Assembly: GCA_002269645.1 (NCBI GenBank) | Contig: NIVC01001375.1 | Span: 186,001-250,000, forward strand | DNA: 64,000 nucleotides | Direction of reading: 5' to 3' | Source: Macrostomum lignano | Lineage: Eukaryota | Part shown: one piece after another, positions 1-13,837 of the stretch | How the letters are laid out: every line of letters starts with the position of its first letter | Position numbering within the stretch: position 1 is the first letter of the stretch | Made by a program: the position numbers and the translations under genes | The notes under the pieces: model-generated | The model's input: only the letters and a program-made list of their open reading frames with translations | Told to the model about the DNA's origin: nothing | The model's database searches: none

Positions 1-289
1 TAAAGCAGCTCTGCATTATGCATACGAAGTTGATTCCCGATGAGTTGGAGACCAGACCACATCAAACAGAGTGCGGTCATGCCAGGGAGGTCAAATCCCA
101 ATTCAAGCGAGGACCGAACAGTACAACTCGATGCACGCGAACTGACGAAGTCACTCTTTACTTATCTAAATGAAAAAATCAGCGAGTTCGTTGATCGATG
201 ACTGACAGTTGCGGTCTCGTGTCCTGAGCTGAAACATACTGGGCATACTTTGAGCAGGGTCTGTGTGGATGTTCGTATCTGTCTGCCCT

Positions 290-3200
290 CACTGATCTCT
301 CTCTGCCCTCTCTGATCTCTCTCTGCCCTCTCTAATCTCTCTGCCCTCTCTGATCTCTCTGCCCTCTCTGATCTCTCTCTGCCCTCACTGATCTCTCTCT
401 GCCCTCACTGATCTCTGCCCTCTCTGATCTCTCTCTGCTCTCACTGATCTCTCTCTGCTCTCACTGATCTCTCTCTGCCCTCACTGATCTCTCTCTGCCC
501 TCACTGATCTCTGCCCTCTCTGATCTCTCTCTGCTCTCACTGATCTCTCTCTGCTCTCACTGATCTCTCTCTGCCCTCACTGATCTCTCTCTGCCCTCAC
601 TGATCTCTGCCCTCTCTGATCTCTCTCTGCTCTCACTGATCTCTCTCTGCTCTCACTGATCTCTCTCTGCCCTCACTGATCTCTCTCTGCCCTCACTGAT
701 CTCTGCCCTCTCTGATCTCTCTCTGCTCTCACTGATCTCTCTCTGCCCTCCCTGATCTCTCTCTGCCCTCCCTGATCTCTCTCTGCTCTCACTGATCTCT
801 CTCTGCCCTCTCTGATCTCTCTCTGCTCTCACTGATCTCTCTCTGCCCTCCCTGATCTCTCTCTGCTCTCACTGATCTCTCTCTGCCCACTCTGATCTCT
901 CTCTGCTCTCACTGATCTCTCTCTGCCCTCTCTGATCTCTCTCTGCTCTCACTGATCTCTCTTTGCCCTCACTGATCTCTCTCTCTCTGCCCTCACTGAT
1001 CTCTCTCTGCTCTCACTGATCTCTGCCCTCTCTGATCTCTCTCTGCCTTCACTGATCTCTGCCCTCTCTGATCTCTGCCTTCACTGATCTCTGCCCTCTC
1101 TGATCTCTCTCTGCCCTCACTGATCTCTGCCCTCTCTGATCTCTCTCTGCCTTCACTGATCTCTGCCCTCACTGATTTCTCTCTGCCCTCTCTGATCTCT
1201 CTCTGCTCTCACTGATCTCTCTCTGCTCTCACTGATCTCTGCCCTCTCTGATCTCTCTCTGCCTTCACTGATCTCTGCCCTCTCTGATCTCTCTCTGCCC
1301 TCTCTGATCTCTCTCTGCTCTCACTGATCTCTCTCTGCTCTCACTGATCTCTCTCTGCCCTCACTGATCTCTTCCCTCTCTGATCTCTCTCTGCCTTCAC
1401 TGATCTCTCTCTGCTCTCACTGATCTCTCTCTGCTCTCACTGATCTCTCTCTGCCCTCACTGATCTCTCTCTGCCCTCACTGATCTCTCTCTGCCCTCAC
1501 TGATCTCTGCCCTCTCTGATCTCTCTCTGCCCTCCCTGATCTCTCTCTGCTCTCACTGATCTCTCTCTGCTCTCACTGATCTCTCTCTGCCCTCACTGAT
1601 CTCTCTCTGCCCTCTCTGATCTCTCTCTTTGCCCTCACTGATCTCTGCCCTCTCTGATCTCTCTCTGCCCTCACTGATCTCTTCCCTCTCTGATCTCTCT
1701 CTGCCTTCACTGATATCTGCCCTCTCTGATCTCTCTCTGCCTTCTCTGATCTCTCTCTGCCCTCACTGATCTCTCTGATCTCTCTCTGCTCTTACTGATC
1801 TCTCTCTGCCCTCTCTGATCTCTCTCTGCCCTCTCTGATCTCTCTGATCTCTCTCTGCTCTTACTGATCTCTCTCTGCCCTCTCTGATCTCTCTCTGCCC
1901 TCTCTGATCTCTGCCCTCTCTGATCTCTCTCTGCCCTCTCTGATCTCTCTCTGCCCTCTCTGATCTCTGCCCTCTCTGATCTCTCTCTGCCCTCTCTGAT
2001 CTCTCTCTGCCCTCTCTGATCTCTGCCCTCTCTGATCTCTCTCTCTCTGCCCTCACTGATCTCTCTCTGCCCTCTCTGATCTCTCTCTGCCCTCTCTGAT
2101 CTCTGCCTTCTCTGATCTCTCTCTGCCTTCTCTGATCTCTGCTCTCACTGATCTCTCTCTGCCTTCTCTGATCTCTCTGATCTCTCTGATCTCTCTGCCC
2201 TCTCTGATCTCTGCCTTCTCTGATCTCTCTCTGCCTTCTCTGATCTCTCTGATCTTTCTGATCTCTCTGATCTCTCTGATCTCTCTGATCTCTCTGATCT
2301 CTCTCTGCCCTCCCTGATCTCTCTCTGCTCTCACTGATCTCTCTCTGCCCTCTCTGATCTCTCTCTGCTCTCACTGATCTCTCTCTGCCCTCTCTGATCT
2401 CTCTCTGCTCTCACTGATCTCTCTCTGCCCTCACTGATCTCTCTCTGCCCTCACTGATCTCTCTCTGCTCTCACTGATCTCTGCCCTCTCTGATCTCTCT
2501 CTGCCTTCACTGATCTCTGCCCTCTCTGAGCTCTGCCTTCACTGATCTCTGCCCTCTCTGATCTCTCTCTGCCCTCACTGATCTCTGCCCTCTCTGATCT
2601 CTCTCTGCCCTCCCTGATCTCTCTCTGCTCTCACTGATCTCTCTCTGCTCTCACTGATCTCTCTCTGCCCTCACTAATCTCTCTCTGCCCTCTCTGATCT
2701 CTCTCTGCCCTCACTGATCTCTGCCCTCTCTGATCTCTCTCTGCCCTCCCTGATCTCTCTCTGCTCTCACTGATCTCTCTCTGCTCTCACTGATCTCTCT
2801 CTGCCCTCACTGATCTCTCTCTGCCCTCTCTGATCTCTCTCTTTGCCCTCACTGATCTCTGCCCTCTCTGATCTCTCTCTGCCCTCACTGATCTCTTCCC
2901 TCTCTGATCTCTCTCTGCCTTCACTGATCTCTGCCCTCTCTGATCTCTCTCTGCCTTCTCTGATCTCTCTCTGCCCTCACTGATCTCTCTGATCTCTCTC
3001 TGCTCTTACTGATCTCTCTCTGCCCTCACTGATCTCTGCCCTCTCTGATCTCTCTGATCTCTCTCTGCTCTTACTGATCTCTCTCTGCCCTCTCTGATCT
3101 CTCTCTGCCCTCTCTGATCTCTGCCCTCTCTGATCTCTCTCTGCCCTCTCTGATCTCTCTCTGCCCTCTCTGATCTCTCTCTCTCTGCCCTCACTGATCT

Positions 3201-3955
3201 CTCTCTGCCCTCTCTGATCTCTCTCTGCCCTCTCTGATCTCTGCCTTCTCTGATCTCTCTCTGCCCTCTCTGATCTCTGCTCTCACTGATCTCTCTCTGC
3301 CTTCTCTGATCTCTCTGATCTCTCTGATCTCTCTGCCCTCTCTGATCTCTGCCTTCTCTGATCTCTCTCTGCCTTCTCTGATCTCTCTGATCTTTCTGAT
3401 CTCTCTGATCTCTCTGATCTCTCTGATCTCTCTCTGCCCTCCCTGATCTCTCTGATCTCTCTGATCTTTCTGATCTCTCTGATCTCTCTGATCTCTCTGA
3501 TCTCTCTCTGCCCTCCCTGATCTCTCTGATCTCTCTGATCTCTCTCTGCCCTCTCTGATCTCTGCCCTATCTGATCTCTCTCTGCCCTATCTGATCTCTC
3601 TCTGCCCTCTCTTTTATCTCTCTCTGCCTTCTCTGATCTCTCTGATCTCTCTGATCTCTCTCTGCCTTCTCTGATCTCTCTGATCTCTCTGATCTCTCTC
3701 TGCCCTATCTGATCTCTCTCTGCCCTCTCTTTTATCTCTCTCTGCCTTCTCTGATCTCTCTGATCTCTCTGATCTCTCTCTGCCTTCTCTGATCTCTCTG
3801 ATCTCTCTGATCTCTCTCTGCTCTCTCTGATCTCACTCTGCCCTCTCTGATCTCTCTACCCTCTCTGATCTCTCTGCCCTCTCTGATCTCTCTCTGCCCT
3901 CTGATCTCTCTCTGCCCTATCTGATCTCTCTCTGCCCTCTCAGATCTCTCTGATC
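290..3955. repeat. Heterogeneous CT-rich minisatellite (about 14-20-bp units, CTCTGATCTCTCTCTGCC)
   Basis: Visible tandem repeat with internal block duplications. Confidence 0.95.
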
Positions 3956-4505
3956 TCACTCTACCTTCTCTCATCTCACTCTACCTTCTCTCATCTCACT
4001 CTACCTTCTCTCATCTCACTCTACCTTCTCTCATTTCACTCTACCTTCTCTCATCTCACTCTACCTTCTCTCATCTCACTCTACTTTCTCTCATCTCACT
4101 CTACCTTCTCTCATCTCACTCTACCTTCTCTCATCTCACTCTACCTTCTCTCATCTCACTCTACCTTCTCTCATCTCACTCTACCTTCTCTCATCTCACT
4201 CTACCTTCTCTCATCTCACTCTACCTTCTCTCATCTCACTCTACCTTCTCTCATCTCACTCTACCTTCTCTCATCTCACTCTACCTTCTCTCATCTCACT
4301 CTACCTTCTCTCATCTCACTCTACCTTCTCTCATCTCACTCTACCTTCTCTCATCTCACTCTACCTTCTCTCATCTCACTCTACCTTCTCTCATCTCACT
4401 CTACCTTCTCTCATCTCACTCTACCTTCTCTCATCTCACTCTACCTTCTCTCATCTCACTCTACCTTCTCTCATCTCACTCTACCTTCTCTCATCTCACT
4501 CTACC
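3956..4505. repeat. Homogeneous 20-bp tandem array CTACCTTCTCTCATCTCACT
   Basis: Exact 20-bp periodicity. Confidence 0.97.
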
Positions 4506-5039
4506 CTTCCTGATCCCTCCGTAATGCCTTCCTTGTGCTTATCTCTCTTCCATTGTCCGTCTTATATACGCATTTTCATATTTTCTCCGTCTTTCCTTGG
4601 CCAACTTCTTATAGAAAAGTAATTCCCTACCCAAAATAGTTTGGCATTTGTGCGCCTCAAGTAAAAGTGGAGAATATGACTTTTATGCTCAGCGCGCACC
4701 AATAAAAACATAAAAACTGAACTGCTTGCTTAGACTCAGAAGCTCACATTCTAGTCTAGCTAACTACTCACAACTCTCCTATGTGGTAAGCAGTTCTGTT
4801 TTCAGCTGCAGTTTCATCTGGTCGTTTGAGTATGTAGTAAGATCGGATATAATTGTTTTTGAAATAGGCTTTTTTGTTTAGTTCAAGACGGGATCCGACT
4901 CAGTCAGTGGGGACCATGAGGCAGAAGGAGCGGAGCCTTTTTGGCGTTAGTCTTGCATGTTGATAAATGGTGGCTAACGTCTGATATATAATCTATCTAA
5001 TCGACCGGTAGTTTCTGAGGAATAGAAGTAGAGTGACAA

Positions 5040-5520
5040 TAAGTAGAATTATGGAGAATGAGAAGTTAAAGAGATGGTAGAGTAAAATTAGAGAGAGAAG
5101 AGTGAGAAATAGAGAGAGATAGTAGAGTGAGAGAGATAGTAGAGTGAGAGAGATAGTAGAGTGAGAGAAATAGTAGAGTGAGAGAGATAGTAGAGTGAGA
5201 TGTAGAGAGATAGTAGAGTGAGAGAGAGATAATATAGTGAGAAGTAGAGAGATAGTAGAATGAGAGAGAGATAGTAGAGTGAGAAGTAGAGATAGATATT
5301 AGAGTGAGGAGTCGAGTTAGCAGAGTGAGAAGCAAAGATAGATAGTAGAGTGAGAAGTAGAGAAATATAGTAGAGTGTTGTAGAGATAGTAGAGTGAGGG
5401 AGATAGTAGAGTGAGAGTAGAAAGATACAGTAGAGTGAGAAGTAGAGATAGATAGTAGAATGAGAAGTAGAGAGTGATATTAGAGTGAGAAGTAGAGAGA
5501 GATGGTAGAGTGAGATGCAA
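5040..5520. repeat. GA-rich degenerate minisatellite (AGTAGAGTGAGAGAGAT)
   Basis: Visible tandem repeat. Confidence 0.9.
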
Positions 5521-6029
5521 AGGGATATGTTATAAAAAGTAAGAGAATATACAGAGAAAATCTCAAAACAATTTAGCTCCTTTTACTACTCATTAGTAGT
5601 GTACTGTGCAATCAGAAGCATATAAACAGAGCATTATCACTTTTTTGTGACGTTGTGCATTGCAGTAGCTAATAACGACTTGTCATCATATTCAAGTTAT
5701 ATTTTAATCTAAAATCATTTGTTTAACTTACAAAAATATTTGATTCCAAAATCGGAAGTGAAGTAACAAAACACAGAGTTTTAATTTAGATTCATCAAGT
5801 CAATCGAATTCAGAGGAAGACTTACTAATAAGATAAGTTTTCCAAAGAAAGTTCGCCACAATAAATTAAATCTTTGCAATTGTCTATTAGTGCAGAGAAC
5901 TATTAAGTATTAGGAAAATGCTGGGAACTTATTTGTAGGCAATCATTAGTTAGGCAAAAGTCTTCCAGGCGGCCTTCTGCAAAAGCTCAATTGCTAGGCG
6001 TGATAAGCAAATAAAATTGCAAATAATGT

Positions 6030-9000
6030 TCAAACACTTCTACAAAGAAGATTCAGCATTTTGCTTGGTGGTAAATTACTCGAACCATCACAGACTTCAA
6101 AGGATGGACTCTAAAGACCAGGATGTGGGAGGAGGGAGAGATGGCGACTTCAAAGGGACCCGGATGTGGCAAGAGGGTGTCGGCGACTTCAAAGGGACCC
6201 GGATGTGGCGAGAGGGTGTCGGCGACTTCAAAGGGACCCGGATGTGGCGAGAGGGTGTCGGCGACTTCAAAGGGACCCGGATGTGGCGAGAGGGTGTCGG
6301 CGACTTCAAAGGGACCCGGATGTGGCGAGAGGGTGTCGGCGACTTCAAAGGGACCCGGATGTGGCGAGAGGGTGTCGGCGACTTCAAAGGGACCCGGATG
6401 TGGCGAGAGGGTGTCGGCGACTTCAAAGGGACCCGGATGTGGCGAGAGGGTGTCGGCGACTTCAAAGGGACCCGGATGTGGCGAGAGGGTGTCGGCGACT
6501 TCAAAGGGACCCGGATGTGGCGAGAGGGTGTCGGCGACTGCAAAGGGACCCGGATGTGGCGAGAGGGTGTCGGCGACTTCAAAGGGACCCGGATGTGGCG
6601 AGAGGGTGTCGGCGACTTCAAAGGGACCCGGATGTGGCGAGAGGGTGTCGGCGACTTCAAAGGGACCCGGATGTGCCAAGAGGGTGTCGGCGACTTCAAA
6701 GGGACCCGGATGTGGCGAGAGGGTGTCGGCGACTTCAAAGGGACCCGGATGTGCCAAGAGGGTGTCGGCGACTTCAAAGGGACCCGGATGTGGAGGGAGT
6801 GACAATCTGAACGGACCCGAATATGGAGGTACAACTCACTGAAATTTCTTCAAAAGGACACGTCTGGCAGGGAGTGATGACCTTAAAAGGCCTGAAAATG
6901 GACGCAGGTGCTTCAGCACAGTTCTGTCTCTGTACACCAGCTGTACAATGGGTCTCACAATGGCCCTGTTTCTGCCGCAGCACAAAGCTGTTCATCTGTC
7001 TGCGCATGCAACCCTGACGATCTTCGACTTCCTTGGCGCACGACAGCAGCAGTTCGAGCACCACCGGCTTCCACGCGTCGCCGATGGCCGCACGTCGACG
7101 CTCCAATTGAAGGCTTTCAGCCAGACAGTCGGAGACTGTGGCGGCCGCGGTTTGACGTTTGGCCTCGTAGCGTCTGACAGCCTCTTGTGTCGGACCTGCC
7201 GGGATGGGAGGGAAGCGAGGAATGACGAGTAGGCCTGGGCGATTTAGCGAATGTCAGCTCCCAGGTTGAAGAATCGAGAGGGTGTCATCTCCAAGATTTG
7301 AAGAATCAAGATGGTGTCAGCTCTTCATGCGGTGAAGAATCGAGAGGGTGTCAGCCCTCAACAAGATGAAGAATCGAGAGTGTCAGCTTCATGCGGTGAA
7401 GAATCGAGAGGGTGTCAGCTCCATGTGGTGAAGAATCGAGAGGGTGTCAGCCCTCAACAAGATGAAGAATCGAGAGGATGTCAGCCCTCAACAAGATGAA
7501 GAATCGAGAGGATGTCAGCCCTCAACAAGATGAAGAATCGAGAGGATGTCAGCCCTCAACAAGATGAAGAATCGAGAGGATGTCAGCCCTCAACAAGATG
7601 AAGAATCAAGAGGGTGTCAGCTCCATGCGGTGAAGAATCGAGAGGATGTCAGATACCTACACGATGCAAAATCGACATCTCGAGGTCCCCATCGACCCGA
7701 CCGAACTCACCTGTCATCCCAACTCCCGCCAGCTCGGCAGCAACGCTCGCCCCCACAGAAGCGGCGCTGGCCGCAGACTTTCCCGTCGCACCGCCGCCCC
7801 CACCGGCTGACTTCTTGGCTTCGTCCTGCTTCGCCAGCAGCGCCGCATTGCAAGCCTGCTTCTTGGACAGCAGCCCGAGGCGTTGAAACGCCCGTTCAGC
7901 GGATGCGATCTCGTCCGGGCCGAGCTCCTGGCCGTTGAGCCACTTCAACTGCAGCGGCTGGCGCAGTCGGTAGGTGGCGAAGTGGCGCCAGAGGGCAAAT
8001 CGGGTCACGGGGTTGTCCGGCCCGTCCGGCACGTTCAGGCGGTCCAGACGGCGCAGGGACACCAGCGAGGCCAGCTGGTGAAAGTGTCGAATGTCGGCCG
8101 CCTCGAGCGTCAGGGACTGCAGGGCTGCAGTGGGGGGGGGTAAATAGGGAATTAAGATGTTTTATAGGTTCGAGCGGGGTCCTAGGCACCAGCTAGGTTA
8201 AAAATGGGGTTTCAGATGGGGATTTCCTCAGGGAACTGAATGGTGATTCCTCAAGGAACTGAATGGGGATTCCCTCAGGAAACTAAATGAGGATTTCCTC
8301 AGGTATTCACAGCAGCAGTTGCGCACCTGGGCAGCGAGCCCTGAGCCGGTGCAGGTGCTTGGCGGCCAGGTCCAGCTCCACATAGCGCATGTTGGCGGCG
8401 GCCACCGCCGCAGGCGCGGCCAGACCCCAGGACTTCACGGCCGAGTGCTGCGGATCAATGAGCGCGTCCAGACTGCCGTTGCCATAGAGATTGAGAGTGT
8501 CGCCGTCAAGCTCGGCGTAGTTGCTGGCGTCCGTGGGCACCGCGGTTCGCTCGCCGAGGATTGGACGAGCCTTGCCGCTGCTGCTGCCTGAAGCTGCTTG
8601 AGCCTGCTGCTGCTGCTGCTGCTGCTGCTTCTGAGTGGTGACATCATCAGCTTGGTCGACATTGGCGGCCGACGAAGAGGCTCCCGTTTGACGTCCAGTC
8701 GATGCGGCGCTCGAAGGTCTCGACGAAGCGGCCGACGCGCTTAACAACTGAGTGGACTGCGACTGGGACAGCGACTGCTGCTGAGCTCGGGAGGACCGGC
8801 CGCCGGCTGAAGGTATTCGACGAGCGCTGCCGACTCGCGACTGACGACCGGAGTTGCCGCCGGCGCTGGACGCGGAGGCCTCTTTGCGAACGAGGGCGGC
8901 CACCAGACGGCGCTCTTCTTCGGAGACGCGGCGAAGGTCCAGCTGGCGAAGTAGCGGCATTCCGCTTATCACCTGTGGTGGGGGGGGCAGATGTAGTCAG

Positions 9001-10668
9001 GCAAAATTTATGGCCCGCTAGTCCCAAACACCCCACATCCCAGCGATATTCTATGGGCCTCTAGCCCCCAACACACCACATACAAGTGATATTCTATGGC
9101 CCGCTAGCCCCCAACACACCACATCCTAGCGATATTCTATGGCCCGCTGGCCAACACCCCACATTCCAGCGATATTCTATGGCCCTCTAGCACCCAACAC
9201 CCCACATCCCAGCGATATTCTATGGCCCTCTAGCCCCCAACACCCCACATCCCAGCGATATTCTATGGCCCGCTAGCCCCCAACACCCCACATCCCAGCG
9301 ATATTCTATGGCCCGCTAGCCCCCAACACACCACATCCCAGCGATATTCTATGGCCCTCTAGCCCCCAACACCCCACATCCCAGCGATATTCTATGGCCC
9401 TCTAGCCCCCAACACACCACATACAAGTGATATTCTATGGCCCGCTAGCCCCCAACACTTCACATCCCAGCGATATTCTATGGCCCGCTAGCCCCCAACA
9501 CCCCACATCCCAGCGATATTCTATGGCCCGCTAGCCCCCAACACCCGACATCCCAGCGATATTCTATGGCCCTCTAGCCCCCAACACCCCACATTCCAGC
9601 GATATTCTATGGCCCTCTAGCCCCCAACACACCACATACAAGTGATATTCTATGGCCCGCTAGCCCCCAACACACCACATCCCAGCGAGCGATATTCTAT
9701 GGCCCGCTGGCCAACACCCCACATTCCAGCGATATTCTATGGCCCGCTAGCCCCCAACACCCCACATCCAGCGATATTTTATGGCACGCTAGCCAGCACC
9801 ACACATGCATCCCTGCGATATTTTATGGCCCACTAGCCCTTAACACCCCACATCCCCACGATATTTTATGACCTGCTAGACCCCAACCTACCATTACCCA
9901 TGATATCATATAACTAATAGACATCAAGCAAAGACTCGACTCGCTCACTTGATTCCGATAATTGGCCTGCTTCGACAGCGGCGTCCCGTCCATGGTGAGC
10001 TCGGCTAGCGAGGGCGATTCACCCAAGCAGGCCACGTTTGCCCACGACTGGATGCCGTTGAAGCTCAGAAACAGTCGCTGCAAACTCGGCAGAGAGTCGA
10101 CGTCGTGCACCGTGTGAATTTGATTGCGGCGAAGGTTCAACTCGGTCAGAGCTGCCATGCCGAGCAGATTGCGGACCACCTGTCAATCAGCCATCGATGG
10201 AGAATTTATATGATAGAGAATACACCACAATGGCCTCAAAATAGGGGATTTCGATCCTATCAAGTCCTTACCTGGATACAATTACTAGCTAAATTGAGCA
10301 CCCTAAGCTCGCTCAAATGATTGACATTCTCCAATTCCACAATATCGTTTCCGTGCAAGTCCAGCACGTCGAGTTTAGTCAGCGACTCGAGACCTCGGAT
10401 TTGGCTTATCCGATTCTTGCCGAGCATCAGAACCCGGAGCGAGCGCAGGCTGTCGAGGCCGCTGATTTCGTCGATTTGGTTGTCGTACAAGTCGAGAAAG
10501 ATGAGCTTGCGAAATGCGGCCAGGTGCTGAATTCTCTGAATGCTGTTGTGCTGATAGTTCAGCAGGCGAAGGTTCTCCTCGCCTTCGAGCAGCGGGCAGG
10601 AGGTCAGGCCGCGCCTGTGAGGAAATAAGTTGTAAAATATACTGACTAACTGACTGACTGACTGACTG

Positions 10669-10707
<39 letters not shown>

Positions 10708-10708
10708 G

Positions 10709-10747
<39 letters not shown>

Positions 10748-10796
10748 GACTAACTAACTAACTAACTAACTGACTAACTAACTAACTAACTAACTG

Positions 10797-10827
<31 letters not shown>

Positions 10828-10828
10828 G

Positions 10829-10903
<75 letters not shown>

Positions 10904-10917
10904 GACTAACTAACTAG

Positions 10918-10975
<58 letters not shown>

Positions 10976-10976
10976 G

Positions 10977-11019
<43 letters not shown>

Positions 11020-11020
11020 G

Positions 11021-11071
<51 letters not shown>

Positions 11072-11072
11072 G

Positions 11073-11159
<87 letters not shown>

Positions 11160-11201
11160 GACTAACTAACTAGCTAACTAACTAACTGACTAACTAACTA
11201 G

Positions 11202-11262
<61 letters not shown>

Positions 11263-11836
11263 AAAAAAAACAAAAAAAACAATCAAACAAGCAAACAAAC
11301 AAACAAACAAACAAACTATCCAACTCACTATCTGGCCAACAAACTTTAAAACAATAGTAACAATACTAATATTAGTAATAGTAGTACCTGTCTAGTGATA
11401 GCCGGTCTGGGTTTGCCGCCCTTTCCTCTGGGCTGCGGTAGATCACTCGCTCGCCAGCGGAGCCTTCGGCTGAGGCGGCCGCAGCTGCGGCGCCGTTTCG
11501 GGCAGTCTGATTCGACAACGGCCGAGAGGAGACGCCGCGTATTGGCGCCCGGCCTTGCTGGTAGTACGGCTGCTGCTGCTGCTGCTGCAAGTCGCCAGTG
11601 AAGGAGCGGCTGCGATCCTGACGGGCCACGAAATCGGCCGGCGAAATCATGGCGGCAGCCTGCTGCTGTCGAGTCGCTGCTCCGCCGAAACGTTGCGGCG
11701 CCGAGGATGTTGCGCCGACTCCAGCGGCGCCCAGACTGGCGCCAAGACTGGCGCTTGGCAGCAGAGTGAAATGCGGCGGAGGGTGGAATTGGCCTTCGCG
11801 GATGCTCAGCGATTTGCGCCCGCGGTTGTTGTTCAT
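6030..11836 (-). CDS. LRRC49: Leucine-rich repeat-containing protein 49 (centriolar satellite / tubulin polyglutamylase complex LRR protein), 7 exons, about 839 aa
   Basis: Exons (GT-AG, phases consistent): 11836-11388, 10614-10272, 10179-9949, 8972-8327, 8124-7711, 7195-6840, 6110-6030; total 2520 nt. Motifs DRLSLDR-RGLTSCPLLEGEENLRLLNYQHN, LDLYDNQIDEISGL, LRQLDLRRVSEEERR, ELDGDTLNLYGNGSL and NPVTRFALW match LRRC49 as recalled. The last exon is uncertain; without it the ORF stops at 6774. Confidence 0.88.
6140..6795. repeat. 39-bp minisatellite in the putative last intron of LRRC49
   Basis: Unit GGCGACTTCAAAGGGACCCGGATGTGGCGAGAGGGTGTC. Confidence 0.97.
7255..7655. repeat. About 34-bp minisatellite, LRRC49 intron 5
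   Basis: Unit GATGAAGAATCGAGAGGATGTCAGCCCTCAACAA. Confidence 0.9.
9005..9890. repeat. 43-bp minisatellite, LRRC49 intron 3
   Basis: Unit CCCAACACCCCACATCCCAGCGATATTCTATGGCCCGCTAGCC. Confidence 0.95.
10642..11262. repeat. (TAAC)n microsatellite with TGAC interruptions, LRRC49 intron 1
   Basis: Visible tetranucleotide repeat. Confidence 0.97.
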
Positions 11837-13837
11837 CGTCTGCTAGCGGTGACGGGCGCTGGAACTTCTCAATTATTAGAGTAGCTTGCAATGTAACATT
11901 TTTGTTAAATCTCAGAGTAACTTGGAATGTTAAATGATTAGATTTTGCAAAAAATCATATAGTAAATAATTTGGTTTTATACAATAATTTTGTCACTTTT
12001 AGTGGCTTAAAATATATAAAACAATTACCTTCTTCTACTTGTCTGAACACATCTTATACAATAGGATATTTTTTTAGCACACTGGAAGGACATCTAGTCT
12101 CAGATTTGCATGCTAAGGATTTGGCATTTTTAACAGAAAATTATCTATTTATAAGATGGTATCCCTCACTGTTAATGTTAAATTATATTTGATGAAGTAA
12201 AGCTGAAAGATTTGACCTGTAAACTTGACACATCAGATTTTTGTCTAAAGTAGGAATTAATTTAGAGAAGTTTAAATCTCCCCATTGAAACTGATATTAA
12301 AATTGAGTGACTTTAAACCTATGACACTTTCATTATAAATATCATTATATATCATAATTATCATTATCATTAGATATCATTATACCATCATTATATATCA
12401 ATATATAATTATAAAAGACTGTTAAATTGTCAACATTTGATAAAGCCTGCAGGCTAAAGAAAACAGTACTAACTGCTTTATAAATTTGGAAACTGGAGTT
12501 TTTTATTCGCGGATAGCATAGAAAAACAATTAATAGAAAGTCTTCCTTAATGATTAAGAGGCTAAATCAAAAGATTCTAACAAAAAAAAGAATTAATTAA
12601 GTGTTTCATTTTTTCGAATCAAATATTTCAAATCGAATTTCAAATACTCAAATCATAGGTAGCTAATAATTTGATAAATTAGAACTCAATTGATTTAAAG
12701 AGAAATTTTAGTTGAACAAACTTTAAATATGTCTTCGAATGATTGGTTACTTCTTAACTTCTCGACCTGCATTATATAAATCAAATTTATTCAAGTCAGA
12801 AATGTACATACATAACACCGATGAACGATCGCCTCGTGCTTGAAAATGAAGAAAGAGGCCCTTGTTGAAAGTGTTATGTAAAGCTAAATATATAGTATTT
12901 ATTTTAAGTTTTACTATATAAAAAATAAAAAAAAACATTTTTACACGTTTTCAAGTGAAGGAAATATTTCATAGTGCAATAAGCGAAATTCTATGTAAAA
13001 CACTTTGTTTTAACTTTAATAATTTACGGCTTCAAAAGTCCTGGTTTATTTTAGTATATGGATATAATCAGTAGAGTATAGTAGATCGATACAGTAGAGC
13101 AATTTGTATAGAACCTGTCACTAAAAATGAAATGATTATCTCCATATACTAAAATTACAGACTATATATACGGATGATCTTATATGAAGTCAACTGCCCA
13201 GATAGGAAATTTGATTTTAAGTACGTTTATTTTTAAATCCAAGATGCTTGAAATTCATGAAACCAATTTTTGGCCATTGCTTGCGTTCATACGAATTTGA
13301 AGTGGTGTGCAAATTTTATTATATTAAACTCTTTGATATTAGGAATATTGTTACTACTAAGTAACTGGTAATTTTTCATTGCTTGAATGTTTCAGAAAAT
13401 AAGTGTGTGAAATCGACTAAAATTTATTTGATAAATTAACTTGAGCGATGGTATTTTTTTACAGATTGATTAGTCGACAAAACAATACGCGTATTTATTT
13501 ACAATTTGTTTTAATTGCGCAACAAAAACATTATTGTATATACGAATAAACACATCAGAGATGTGCATTTATCTGTGATAAATCTATCTATATAAGATTA
13601 ATATTGAGGATATGGCAAAACAAAAAACAAGAGACACCACAATTTTGCTTTAATGAGCGTACATTTTAGTGTGAGCAGATCAAGAATTTACTCATAATAT
13701 ATTCATAAGCACTAGGCTACTTACCATCATATAGGATATGTATGTTGAGCTCTTAGACATCCATGTCATATTGAATAGGACAGCAATAAATGACACACAC
13801 TTTTATCAAAAGTGAAAAGTTGAAAAGTTACTGTCAA

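Noticed and set aside
1-180. Open frames at the window start
   Set aside because: Too short and without recognisable homology; may be the end of a gene outside the window.
1763-5520. R/E/D/Q-rich and L/S-rich ORFs
   Set aside because: They are translations of CT/GA minisatellites with no coding context.
6017-6842. Five long repetitive ORFs on both strands; superficially CRISPR-like or a repeat protein
   Set aside because: The 39-bp unit is a multiple of 3 with few stops, so many frames are open. There are no unique spacers and no cas genes, and the context is eukaryotic.
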